Shown here one piece after another: positions 1 to 11,830 of a DNA stretch of 64,000 nucleotides (positions within the stretch are counted from its first letter, which is position 1; every line of letters begins with the position of its first letter). Position numbers and translations under genes: made by a program. A model generated the notes under the pieces. It was given only the letters and a program-made list of their open reading frames with translations, was not told where the DNA came from and made no database searches. The DNA comes from Lama guanicoe (Eukaryota), in the NCBI GenBank assembly GCA_013239625.1, contig MU053482.1, positions 1,153,168 through 1,217,167 of the forward strand, written 5' to 3'.

Positions 1-299
1 AATATTGAGGAGACTGGAGTATCAAAAGTATGTTGATAATGATTCTCTCTGCCTAACTGTGTAACCGTCTATAAAACTAAAGTTCAATAATTTTGGTGAT
101 GTTAATAACATACAAGTGGTATTAAAGAATAATTGCTCAGAATTTCCAGTTAAATACATCAGATGAAAACATGAGATTGCCTCACTCTCTCCTCCTAAAA
201 TGATAAGCAATAAAAAGGCTTTTGCTTTGACTCTTCAGTTATAAATACAATTAGGGGTGTCCTAGAGTCTGAGGAAAACCAACATTATGAAACAGAAGG

Positions 300-1080
300 T
301 CCAAAATAAACAAGCAGATCAACAGATCACTGGAGAAAAAGAGATTAAAGCAAGAGAAAAAATTCTAATTAGCATCAGTCACTGAGGAATAAGAAAAATC
401 ACTGAAAATAAGGTATCTAAATATCTTTTGGGGAAATTTCGGAAGGTACAAGTACAGAGTAAAAGTACAAAGGGACACTCTTAAAACCTCCTTGAGGGAA
501 AAAAAATCTACGAAAGAATGGCATCAGACACCCCAGCTGGAACATGAAGTACTAGGAGATACCGTGACAATGTAAAAGATTCGCAGAGAAAATAACTTTA
601 ACCTAAATTCTGTGCCCAGTCAACTTTCTTTAGGAATTAGACACAATAAAGATTACTTTAACTACCTGTGAACCCTCACTGGAAAAAAAAATATTCAAGG
701 ACACACTCAGGCAAAATGAGAAGTGTATCTAAAAGTGGGAGATGATACAGGTTTTATGAAACTGCAGTGAGCAGAGAAATGAGAGTATTTTGGCCATAGT
801 TTAAATGTTTGTTAATAATTTGGCTATGAAACAATGGAATAGAAAGAAAACTATATTTTAAATTAATTTTATAATTAATTTAAAGAAATTAATAGATTTA
901 TTTTACAATAAATTAAATTATTTAAATTCCAGAAGGAAGGATATTGGATACAAAATTAACAAGCTTGATTTAACACAGAAATCTGTCCCCTACAAATAGG
1001 GAATAGGCATTATTTTCAGATGCATTTGAACACGAATGGGATAGCATAGGATAGGATAATGTTTTAAATGGTGGAAACCA
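300..1080 (+). mobile_element. Ancient L1 fragments (ORF1/early ORF2 region, L1M-type)
   Basis: A-rich; ctttaacctaaattctgtgcccagtcaactttct near 596-630 resembles the L1 ORF1 'QPRILYPAKLSF' segment; heavily decayed. Confidence 0.5.
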
Positions 1081-2012
1081 TTAAGGCATATTCTGTCTTC
1101 TCAGAAATTTTTAATCCCATTTTTAATGTCTATACAATAAAGGTAACCAATTTTAAGTGTAGAAATTTTGTCACATGTATATAGTCATGCAACCACTGCC
1201 ATTTAATTCAAAATAATTTTTAATATGTCTTGTGATTTTTTTCTTTGACCTGTAGGTAATTTAGAAAGGTATTGTTTAATTATTAAATAATTGGAGACTT
1301 TTCAGATATCTGTGATTGAATTCTAGTTTAATTTTGCTGCTGTCAAAGAATATACTTACATGATTTCATTCCTCTTGAATTTAATGATAATTTTTAAATG
1401 ACCCAGAATATGGTTTATCTTGCTGAATGGTGAAAATTTGAAAAGAATGTGCGTTTTGCTGTTGTTGGATGGCGTGTTAATGGTTAGAGTAAGTATCAGT
1501 TAGGTTGGTTGATAATACTGTTCCAAGTTTTTTATAGTCTTACTTCTTTCTGCTTGCTTGTTAATGAATTACTGATAGAATAGTGTTGGAATCTCTATCT
1601 CTACTTGGGAGTTTGTGTATTTCTCCTCTTAATTCTGTCAGATTTGTTTAATATATTTTAAAGTTCTGTTATTAGAAGCATATGCATTTAAGATTATGTC
1701 TTCTTGATGATTTTAACCTTTATCAATGAAATATCCCCTTCCTCCCTGGTAATATTCCTTGGTCTAAAATCTTCTTTGATATTAATATTTTAGCCTATTT
1801 TTGTCATGGTATTTTAAGTGGATTTCCTGTAGACAGCATATAATTGGGTCTTGCTTTGTGATCCTATCAGAAAATTTATATCTTTTCAGTTGAAGTTATT
1901 AGGTATATACATTTAACGTAATCATCCATATGGTAGTGTTTAAATCCGTCTTTCCTAGTTTTATTCTTTTTTTCTTCTTTTTCCTCTGCCTTTTTTTGAA
2001 TTGAGTATTTTT

Positions 2013-2152
2013 TTTAAACTTTTTTTTTTTTTGCAGGTGGGAGGTGATTAGGTTGGTTTGTTTGTTTTTCTAATGTGCTGGTGCTGGGGATTGAACCCAA
2101 GACCTTATGCTTGCTAAGCATGTGCTCTGTCACTGAACTAAACCCTCCCCCC
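2013..2152 (-). mobile_element. tRNA-Ala-derived camelid-type SINE (Vic-1-like)
   Basis: Antisense A/B boxes (ggggattgaaccc...cactgaacta), T-rich tail, TSD tgaa(t/c)tgagtattttt at ~1997 and ~2153. Confidence 0.88.
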
Positions 2153-2431
2153 TGAACTGAGTATTTTTATTGTTCCAGTTTATCTCCTATAATGACTTAT
2201 TACAGGTACCTATTGGTTATTTTAATGGTTACTCTATTGTTTAAAATATACATCTTTACATTTTAATTCTAATCATTAATATTTCCTTTCTTCTACTTAT
2301 TTTGCTTTTAATTTGTTTTTTGATTTTGGGGGGTTTTTTTTGGTTTCTTAAAGTGGAAGCTGAGGTCAGTGATTTGACGTTTTTCTTCTTGTTTAATATA
2401 AGCATTTTAGTGATATAAATCTCCATTTGTG

Positions 2432-2601
2432 AGGGAGGATGTAGCTCAAGTGGTAGAGCGCATGCTTAGCATGCGTGAGGTCCTGGGTTCAATCCCTACT
2501 ACCTCCTCCAAAAATAAATAAACCTAATTACCTCCTCCCCCGCCAAAATAAAATAATTAAATAATACAATAATAAACAAGATATTTAAAAAAAATAAAAT
2601 A
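2432..2601 (+). mobile_element. tRNA-Ala-derived camelid-type SINE (Vic-1-like)
   Basis: gtagctcaagtggtagagcgcatgcttagcatgcgtgaggtcctgggttcaatccc followed by aaacctaattacctcc and an A tail. 15-bp TSD aaatctcc(a/c)tttgtg at 2417-2431 and 2602-2616. Confidence 0.93.
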
Positions 2602-2709
2602 AAATCTCCCTTTGTGTACTGCTTTAGCTGCATCAACAAATGTTAATGTGTTTTCACTTCAACTTACTTCAGAATACTTTCTTTTTTTTTCAAGTTTGTG
2701 CAGGTGTAC

Positions 2710-3175
2710 TTTTTAAATTGAAGTATTGTCTGTTTACAATGTGTCAATTTCTGGTGTACAGCGTACTGTTTCATATTCTTTTTCATTATAGGTTACTACA
2801 AGATATTGAATATACTTAGTTCCCTGTGCTATACAGTAGAAACTTGTTTATATGATGCATATATATTAGTTAGTATCTGCAAATCTTGAACTCCCAATTT
2901 ATCCCTTCCCACCCCTTTTCCCTCTTGTTAACCATAAGTTTGTTCTTTATGTATCTGAGTCTGTTTCTGTTTTGTAAATAAGTTCATTTGTGTCTTCTTT
3001 CTAGATTCCACATACAAATGATATATGGTATTTTTCTTTCTCTTTCTGGCTTATTTCACTTAGTATGACAATCTCCAGGTCCATCCATGTTGCTGCAAAT
3101 GGCATTACATTATTCTTTTTCATGACTGAGTAGTATTCCATTATATAAATATACCGCAACTTCTTTATCTAGTCT
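2710..3175 (-). mobile_element. L1 3' end (lineage-type, 5'-truncated)
   Basis: ttttaaattgaagta...tttctggtgtacagc...gttccctgtgctatacagtag...tccatccatgttgctgcaaatggc. Confidence 0.88.
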
Positions 3176-4087
3176 GAATCATTTAAATTTAATGTAATTA
3201 TTGAAATAGTTGAGTTTAAATTTACCATCTTACTGTTTGTTTTCTGTTTCTGTCATATTTGTCTCTTCTGGTCTCATCCCCCTTTCCTTTTTTCTGCCTT
3301 TTTTTTTAATTTAATATTTTTAAAGCATTTATTTATTTTATCTCCTTTGTTGGCTCATTAACTATAAATTCTTATTTATTGTTTTAGTCATTTCTCTGGG
3401 GTTTATAGTATACATCTTTAACATACTCAGCCTAACTGAAAGTGATATTATACTACTTGCAGTATATATAAGACAAGAACCTTACAACAATTCTAGTTTC
3501 ATATCTTCCCAGTGAGTAACCCCAATAAAATGAACATTTCTTTTTCTCAGTATTGATTTTTCAGTCCCAAGGAAGATTCTAAATCTCCCTGCTTGGGTTA
3601 CATACTCACCCCTGAACAGACAGCAGTCGGCAGGAACCTGAACATTTTCATCAGTCTGAATTCCTACAGCAGCCCTTCTAGAACTTCAAGGAATTGGGAA
3701 AGACCTCACTAGAATAACCCAAGAAGAGGAATGCAAAAGTGCACTGGTTAGACAAAACCTAGAGTTATCATAGACCATTACAGGCAAACTTATCACAGAA
3801 AGAGTTTACAGACTGACAAGTGGAGACTTCACAAACACTTGCTATAAATTCCCAATAGATCTTGCCAACAGTACTGAACTTGGCCACACAAAGCAGGAGC
3901 AAATGAAGCATTGTTTTGTATGACATTTTCCTTCCCCTAGTACCCCCCAGGGCACTCAGCCACCAGTGGCACTTCTGCAGATCTGAATTCTGTCAAGCTG
4001 GAAAAGAAGCCAAATACTCCGCCACTCTTTCATATCTTTTATCAGCATTCTGGAGAAATTTTTACCAGCAATATAAGCTCTTCTGTG

Positions 4088-4293
4088 TAAGACACTATTG
4101 ACAATCTGGACCAGAGAACTCTTTATCATGAGGGACTGCCTGTGCATTATATGATGTTTAGCAGCATCCTTGGACTCTACCTACTAGATGTCAGTAACAC
4201 ACCTGCCTCCCTGGTTGTGGCAATCAAAGATTTCTCCGGATAATGCCAAATATCCCCCGGGGGAATAAAATTGCTCCTGGTTGAGAACCACTG
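4088..4293 (-). mobile_element. MER20 (hAT-Charlie non-autonomous DNA transposon)
   Basis: Reverse complement matches the recalled MER20 consensus: cagtggttctcaacc...gacatttggcaat...gcatctagtgggtagaggccagggatgctgctaaacatc...aatgcacagg. Confidence 0.85.
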
Positions 4294-5081
4294 ATTTAAG
4301 GGACTGTGTAGAAACATCAGGATTTATAGGTTCTTAACTGCAAGTCAGCATCAGTGGATGGAGAGAAAGCAGAGTTAGCATTAGGTGCCCTCCACTCCCA
4401 GAGCCCAGCAAGCCCATCTCTTCTCAAGGGACCACATATGCTGTTCACTGCTGCAAAAACAGTTCCCGACAGAAAAGAACACTGCTCAACAACCACAACC
4501 ACAACAAATATTAAATAAATACTAGAAGAATAAGTGAATGGAAGGATGGATGGATGAAAAGAAAAATGTGCATGGTTATTCACAGTGTTACTCTGGGGCA
4601 AAGAGTGATATAGATGATAAAAAAAAAGGGGATATTTTACTATTTTACTTTAAAAATTTTTTTATTTGAATTTTATCACTGTTTTTACTCTCATAGTTTA
4701 TTTGATCTTAAATGATTTATTTTGAAAGCACTTGGAAATCAAGCATTTTCTCTTTGGCAACTTATTTCTTAAATTTGCCGGGGCTTTTTGAAAGTACAAA
4801 TGTGGACTTGAGCCCTTGTTCACATTCTTAACACATAACCAAGTCTGAAGCTTGGGATTTTTCTTTCTTTTAACTCATGAGCAAACAGCTATGTCATATA
4901 AATATTTATGAATGAGGTTTATGTTGGGAAAAAAAATGGACTTAGCACAAAAGGAACCCAACACATTACATTCAACTATGTGCGTTGGCCTTGAGGGCAG
5001 GGACCATAGTGGATGCATCATCACATCTTGAGCCCTGCAGAGCTTGTGCAGGGTGCGCCCTGAGGAGTTGCATGCTGAAAA

Positions 5082-5114
5082 GATGATGATGATGATGCTG
5101 CTGCTGCTGCTGCT
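5082..5114. repeat. Compound microsatellite (GAT)5(GCT)6
   Basis: Read directly. Confidence 0.95.
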
Positions 5115-6291
5115 GATAAAGCTTCATAGGCATGGTTTGGGTTACTGTGTCAAACTAGGATTTGGGGTGCAGGATGTGAGTCAGGTGTGGTGAAAAGCTC
5201 TCTAAGAGAAGAGCAGGTCTCTGGGCCTTTGTGCAAAGGGTAGAGGAATAGGCCAGGGAGTATAGAAGGAAAAGGTAATTGGTGGGGACAGTTGCTGCTT
5301 CTCTTTCTCCTCTGCCACTGGCAGGAAGCTGGGTCAGATGCTGCAGTGAGAGCAGACCCTCCCCCTGGGGTCAGGAACCTAGCAGGACAAAGCAGTCCAG
5401 CACCTGTCCCATATGACACCCCGACTCCTGTAGAATTCTCATCTCTCCCCTCACCTCCACCCCAGAGGGAAAGACCCAGCCACCTGGGTCTCTGGATGTC
5501 AGGGCTCCAGGGACCAGGAGAGCCTGGCCTGCTTGCGAGAGGAGGTCATTTATTTACACATAGCTGGCAATGCTCGAAGATACAGAGCAATCCATCCACC
5601 TTAGCGACCAAACAGATTCGCTTCGCCTCATCCTCCCGCAGAAACGGTCAAGGAGGGAGGTGGTGCGAGGTGACCTTCCAGAGCTGAATCTGTGCTTCTA
5701 AAAATAGAAGCATCCTTGGAGAATCGAGAAGGGAAAGGGAGGCTGTGGATGTTGAGGGCAAAAACCAGACTCCCTAGAGCATGGTCAGTATGAAACTGTA
5801 TTAATTAGACACAGACACCCAGCTCGATCACCTCAGGTAACACAGAAATTAAAACTAAATGAACTGGCTTTTTTTTCCTTTCTGGTTATACTTTCCCTCG
5901 GCTAAAAAGGAGACAGAGAATGGTGTCTCCTGACCTATTTGAGATGTTTTCCTCAGCATAGGAAAATGGGGCTTCTTAGAGACACACCAAGAGAAGGCAA
6001 GAGCTGCAGCAAAGTGGGAGCCCTAGGTTCAGCCACTGGGGGACCTGCAGGGTCTGGGTCCCCACCCATCTCTCCCTGCCCACAGACTGCATGGGGCCGG
6101 GCGAGTTGCCCGTGTGTGCCCAGGGCTGTGGGTGTGTGGGGCCCGGGCTGCTCCTCTCAAGTCTCTGCAGGGTCCTTCTCTAGAACCATGTAGGGACTAG
6201 GTGTTTACAGGGTCCAGTGGAGCCGCTTGCTGGTCGGCACAGGCTGTGGGTGACCTGGTCATGTGCAGCGCTCTGGCAGGTGGAAGAGTGG

Positions 6292-6313
6292 GTGTGTGTG
6301 TGTGTGTGTGTGT
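6292..6313. repeat. (GT)11 microsatellite
   Basis: Read directly. Confidence 0.95.
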
Positions 6314-6990
6314 ATGAGTATTTGCAGGAATGTACAGAGGTATTGCAGCATACTTGGGGGGACCATGTCAGGAAGTGTATGGGGCTGTGGGGAAGGATGC
6401 TATGGGTGATGACTCTTTGGACGACTTTGTGGGGCCTGTGGAGAAAGCTATGGGAGAGACCATGTAGGAAACGGGGGCGGGGGTTTCCTGAGGGGCACTG
6501 CGGGGTGCTGGGTGCAGAGCTTGTCTGGGCTGTCAGTGGGACGGGACAGCACCGCAGGGCACCTTTTTGTGTAGCTCTGTCCTGGGGGCTCTGTGTGGAC
6601 TGTGATGGGGATGTGAGGGGAGACTCCATGGGGGACAGTTCAGACTGTGGGACTTCTGCTCTGGGGGCTGCATGGTGGGCTACCAGACCTGCGTGAGGCT
6701 GTGCGAGGCTGTGGGTGGCTGGATAGAGGGTGGCAGAGACCTGGTGGCCTCTGCAGCTTCACCATGGAAAGACGCGTGTGCTTCCTTAGGATGGGGGTGC
6801 TCGAGGGGCTCTCCAAGTGTGGACGTTTGTTCTCCTCCACGTGGCTGACGACGTGAAGGGGAGAGACACCAGGGATTCAGGAGGTGAGCAGGAGGAGCAG
6901 TGGGGCCCCTCAGAATGCTGCTCTGCCCCCGCTTCTTACTTGCACAAGGCTGAAGACACCTTCTGACACTTTGGTTTGCTTTCTCAACAG

Positions 6991-7111
6991 GACAACGTGG
7001 ATCTTGGAGAGTTGATGTTTTCCCTCTGCTATCTTCCAACGGCTGGCAGGCTGACCATCACCATTATAAAAGCAAGGAATTTAAAGGCAATGGACATAAC
7101 AGGAGCATCAG
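6991..7111 (+). CDS. SYT9: Synaptotagmin-9 internal exon, start of C2B domain ([40 protein letters not shown]+G); phase 0 in, phase 1 out
   Basis: Acceptor ttggtttgctttctcaacag with ctgac branch-like motif at 6963; donor G|gtggga. The 121-nt exon is open and translates to a recognisable SYT3/6/9/10-class C2B start. Confidence 0.97.
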
Positions 7112-7184
7112 GTGGGAGAGTCTAGAACTCAGATTTCCTCCTAGGTTCTAATGTAGCACCTTAGGGAGTCTCCAGTAAATAAAG

Positions 7185-7320
7185 CGCCTAGACTTGTGAA
7201 CCAAACTGCTGGGCTTAATCCTCGCCCTAGACCTTACAGCTGTGTGACCTTGGGCACGTCACTTAACCTTTCTGGGCTTCAGATTCTCCATCTGTAAAAA
7301 TGAGGATAAGCGTAGTATCT
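7185..7320 (+). mobile_element. MIR SINE fragment
   Basis: Core gctgtgtgaccttgggcacgtcacttaacctttctgggcttcagattctccatctgtaaaaatgaggataa. Confidence 0.85.
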
Positions 7321-8479
7321 TAGGTCTTCTCATTCACCATAGTGTGAACTGGACCTGTGATTTGCACCTGCTGATGTAGCTTATCCAATTGGGTCTTTCC
7401 TCAGATATAAGCAATCATCATCTCAGGCTTTTAGAAGATTGAAGGCAGTCCAAATCCTTAGAAAGGTCCATCCATGAGCTTTGCAGTTTGGTTTTTCCAG
7501 TGAATCAAGTGTGTACACTTCAGTTCTAAACCCTAACAAAAAATACTCTGATACTCAACCCCTTTTATGTGAGTTCACAAGCCACCTCTGCAGGGGCTCC
7601 CCAAATGTGGTCACAAAACACTCAGGCCACTGGCTCTTGGTCACTGAAATCAGAAGACGTCAGATGTAATGTATTCTGCTTCCTGGATGCCAGGATTTTT
7701 TTGAGCAGAAAAAAAGATGCAGCCCCTTCTGGCCCTTTGAGTCCCCCCGGACAGTGTATGGGGCCCAGGGCTAAGCATGGTTATGCAGGTGACACAGAAG
7801 GACTCCCCCTGAGTGGGAGGATAGTGATGTGAAACCAGGGAAGTCCCACCTGAAGCAGAGACCCACTTTGTCACCTGTCACCTGTCTCAGCATGGTATCA
7901 CCAGCAAGCCTGTGTCCTTTCTCTCCCCAACCTCTGAACTCCTTCCCCCTTTGCAGCCTGACTGCAGGCAGATCCGGGGGCTCGAGGCCCCTGCACTGAA
8001 GGAAATCCACTCACACCGCACACCCAAATTCTCCCTGTCCTCTAAGAATTTAGCTTCTCCCTTTCCCAAAGACCTGGTGTTCAGGAAAAGATTCCCCAGG
8101 GCGGCTCAGAATAAGGGTCTGCAGCCCAGCTCCCCACGCTTTCGAAATGCCTCTGCATCTGCCTTCCTGTGGCAGCCGGACAGGTCTGGAATTCTAGCTG
8201 GAACGTTTTCTAATTCAGTTAGTGATGTTTTCACACTATTTTAAAATTCCACGCACTTGGAGTAGAGAGCGTCCTATGCTTTTTCCTGAATGAGTGACTT
8301 AATTATCCCAACTCTAGTCACTGCCCAGGCGTTGTGTTAATTAAAATCCTCAAACTCCAGCCCACAGGCAGGTAAAGGGGTTCTGCATACTGTGGTCCTT
8401 GAAACTCCACAATGACGACACTGCCGGCGTAACTCCACCTTTATCCTCACGGTCCCCCTGCTTCTCACGGTCTGTGCAG

Positions 8480-8651
8480 ATCCCTACGTGAAGGTCTCTC
8501 TGATGTGTGACGGCAGACGACTGAAGAAGAGGAAAACGTCCACCAAGAGGAACACTCTGAATCCTGTTTACAATGAAGCCATAGTCTTTGACGTCCCTCC
8601 CGAGAACATTGACCAAATCCACTTGTCCATAGCGGTCATGGACTACGACCG
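8480..8651 (+). CDS. SYT9: Synaptotagmin-9 internal exon ([58 protein letters not shown])
   Basis: Acceptor tctgtgcag, donor CG|gtgaga; 172 nt, in frame with the previous exon. Contains SDPYVK, the polybasic RRLKKRKT strand and the MDYD Ca2+-ligand loop. Confidence 0.97.
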
Positions 8652-10729
8652 GTGAGATGCCTGGAGCTCTCTCACGGCACGTCCCCTGTGCCCACAGCTG
8701 GCAGGGTGGGGTGGGGGTGGCCACGGATTCTTAGCTGGTGTCCTAGTGCAGCTACAGGAGAGGAGCTGGGCGAGCAGCACAGAGACAAGGAGTCAGCAGG
8801 TTACAGGCCCTGCTATAGAGACAGGTTACCAAAGTGCCTGTCAGCTCCCCATTTCTTATTTCTTTCTCCTCCTCCATCCTCCTGCCTCCCCCACTTCTTC
8901 CCCTCTCTGGCCCTGCACACCCCCTAGAATCTCAGCTTGAAGAACTGTGGCTCCACAGATCTTAATCTTCTTGCAGGCAATCCTGCCTGGTTTTGAGAGG
9001 AAAGATTCCACTCAAAATAGCAGAATGATTACTTTAACCAGACCATCAACATTTCTAAATACATAACTTCGTTCTTTTTTTTCTTCTCCCGATGTGTTTA
9101 ATAAAGATCATTTCCATCCACTTAAATCTGAAAGCAAACACAGAAATGTTCTCTTGAAAACGCTAGAATCAGTATGGATGACAGGGTACATTAAAATGTA
9201 TAAGATGCTCCACTTTCTAATTAATACAGCACAGAAGAGATATTTATAGCCTGCATTGTAGCCAACTGTGTATTTAAAGGACAGATTTGAAAAACAGTCA
9301 TTTTAATATGCAAAGGAAGTAGCAACAGTGAATTATACATGTTACCAGTCATTAGACTGAAATGCAAAGTCTCTTTTTAATTGGAAACCTCCCACGTGGT
9401 CTGGGCACAGTTATATATAAAAAAGAAATCATTCTGACTTCTCATATCTTACAATATTATTTGTGGATAAAAATTTTCCTGCAGACCCCTGAAATGTCAA
9501 CAAAGCAGCCTCGGTGCCCTGAACACTCTTTGCAGCAGATGCCTGGGTAAAGCATAATCTTCTTTCAACCCAGGGAGCACGTATGGGCTCAGCTGCCCAT
9601 GGGTGTGACAGCCCTCAGTGGGCAGTAGACCTCACCCTGTCTCCTCTGGATGACACACAACACCAACAGCATCAGGCCACGAGAGGGGTCGTTGCCCACC
9701 AGCCGTGGAAGGCTGGGCTGGCATCATTCAAGCTATTGCCAAGTTTCCCGTTATCAGCAAATCTGTTTATGTGAACTCTGCTTCAGTTTAATTCTCAGTA
9801 AACTCATGAATCTGTCCTGGAAAAATCCATGGCCGAATTCATGGGGCGTCTGCGTGTAACTGATTTTAATGAGTAGAGAATCAAATATCCTTCACACCAC
9901 TTCCCCACCCTTGACTCCCTATACACATATAGAAAAATCATTCATCTTTGTAAGAGGGAAAAAGAAAGAGAAGAAGCCTGTGAGTTTGGATCCTTAAGAG
10001 CTAAAGGGCAGGCCGTGTCATTCTGGTTATATACAAAAGGCTTCAGACCAAAAACTGTGAAGGAAAAACAGAAACGGTCCAAGGCAGGGACCCATCCAGG
10101 GATGTTTCAGAAATCCTAGCTAAGTGTTTAAGGGACTAAGCATCGTTCTACAGTAGGGAACTCAAGCTGGGCCACTGAAGCAAAGCTGGGCTAGGAAGGA
10201 AGCAGGGAAGAGTGTGAGAAGACATGTTATCTAAAGAAAGATCCCAAGAAGACCCAGGAGCCCCCTCCATACTGCCCTCTTGTAAGTTCAAGGCTACAGC
10301 TGCCAAACTCAGAGCTTCTCCCTTACCTGGACTTGATTGCCTGTTGCAGGAGGGGAGCAGCCATTAATACAACAAACTCCTTTCAGATGGGCCCCTTTCC
10401 ATTACGTGGATTTGGAGGCCTGGAGATCAACCCCATTCCAGAACCAGAGGAGGCGTCATGTGCGTGCATCAGGGGGCTCTCCCAACACAGGGCGCTTGGG
10501 AACCAGCTAAGTCATGTCGGGCACGACAGCCGAGGTGTGTGAGGGCCAGACTCTGGTCTTCCTCTCTGTGCCCCCAAGTCCTCATGGCTGTTAAACTTGA
10601 CCTGTAGATTTGAATTAGGGAATGAAAAGGACCGCCCCTTCCCTAATTCCTCTATCCATTCAATTGAGAAGTTGTTACCCTTACATTACAAAATTTTAGG
10701 ATAAAAACTATTGTGGACCATTTTCACAG

Positions 10730-10859
10730 TGTAGGTCACAATGAGATCATCGGCGTGTGTCAAGTAGGCAACGAAGCTGAGAGGCTGGGCAGAGACCACT
10801 GGAGTGAAATGCTGTCGTACCCGCGCAAGCCCATCGCGCACTGGCACTCCCTGGTGGAG
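10730..10859 (+). CDS. SYT9: Synaptotagmin-9 penultimate exon ([44 protein letters not shown])
   Basis: Acceptor ttttcacag, donor GAG|gtaaga; 130 nt in frame. Carries the C-terminal WHxL motif of synaptotagmins; overlaps ORF 10713..10898. Confidence 0.97.
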
Positions 10860-11294
10860 GTAAGACCTACTCTCGTGCTCCCCTTTGCAGAAGGATAAGT
10901 GCTTTACTGTTGAAATGCAGACGCCACCAAGAATGGGAGTGTCCCAGGGCCTGCGGTATCAGTGGCTTTCCCTGGTTGTATTTCCTGAGGCTGTTTGTTG
11001 GGGATTGCATTTGTCTGACATGGAGTCTGTGCTCCCCGCCAGTCTGGTGGGTTTTGAATATTGATTGGGAATCATCCCTCGCTTTGATTGTTTTTTAAAA
11101 AGTTCAGGATTCTCTTATTTCACGTTGTGGCTTTGGATTGACGTTTGGAGGGCATCTGCAAGATCTGGAGGAGTGTGCACTTCAGGCCGTCATAGAGTGA
11201 CTTACATCTGCCATCAGAAAGAACTCGAGACTGGGAGAGAGAAGGCCTGGATTCTGAGACTGACTCTAGTATGTGTGATTCTGGGCAAACTGGT

Positions 11295-11830
11295 TATTAT
11301 CAGATTCAATTATATATGATTAAAACCCCCAAAACAACAAACCACAGAACGATAAGTGAAATGGAAATTTGTTTCTCTGTTACATAAAAAAAGGTCCAGA
11401 GGAAGGTCATCAAGGCTGTTTCAGTGGCTCTGTGATCAACAGAGGTGTAGACTTCTATCTTTCTGCTTCCAGTGCTGTTGTTTTTGTTTTTGTTCTTGTT
11501 TTTGTTTTTGAGATCACCTCATTGAACAACATGGCTGCTAAGCTCCAACCATCACATATCTTCCAGGCCTCAGAAAGGTAGAAAGAGACAAGAGCCAGAA
11601 GCACACACATTCCTTTTTAAGGGCTTTTCCTTGATGTCTTATGCAACATAGCTACTTACATTTAATTTAGTCACAGAACTTAGTCATGTGGACATGTCTA
11701 AATGCAAGGATGGGTGAGAATTTTTTTTTTGATGGGGTGGCAGCATGAAAAACTGAAAAAACAGGCTTCTGTTTGCAAGGTAGAAGAGGACAGTGGATAC
11801 CTGGAGGCAGTGGGCCATGGTTCTGCCTCC
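11295..11830 (-). mobile_element. Old MaLR/ERVL LTR (MLT1J/K-like)
   Basis: atggctgctaagctccaaccatcacat...cagaacttagtcatgtggacatgtctaaatgcaagg motifs. Confidence 0.6.

Larger units (their letters stand above)
1200..3490 (-). mobile_element. Old L1 (L1M-type) minus-strand fragments, interrupted by two SINEs and a younger L1 3' end
   Basis: T-rich antisense L1 body (e.g. ttcctgtagacagcatataattgggtcttgctt; gaagctgaggtcagtgatttga). Confidence 0.65.

Noticed and set aside
2432..2505. tRNA-Ala-like sequence (also at other SINE heads)
   Set aside because: Followed by a SINE tail and flanked by TSDs, so it is a retroposon and not a tRNA gene.
8350..8724. 124-aa minus-strand ORF
   Set aside because: It is the antisense shadow of the SYT9 exon at 8480-8651.
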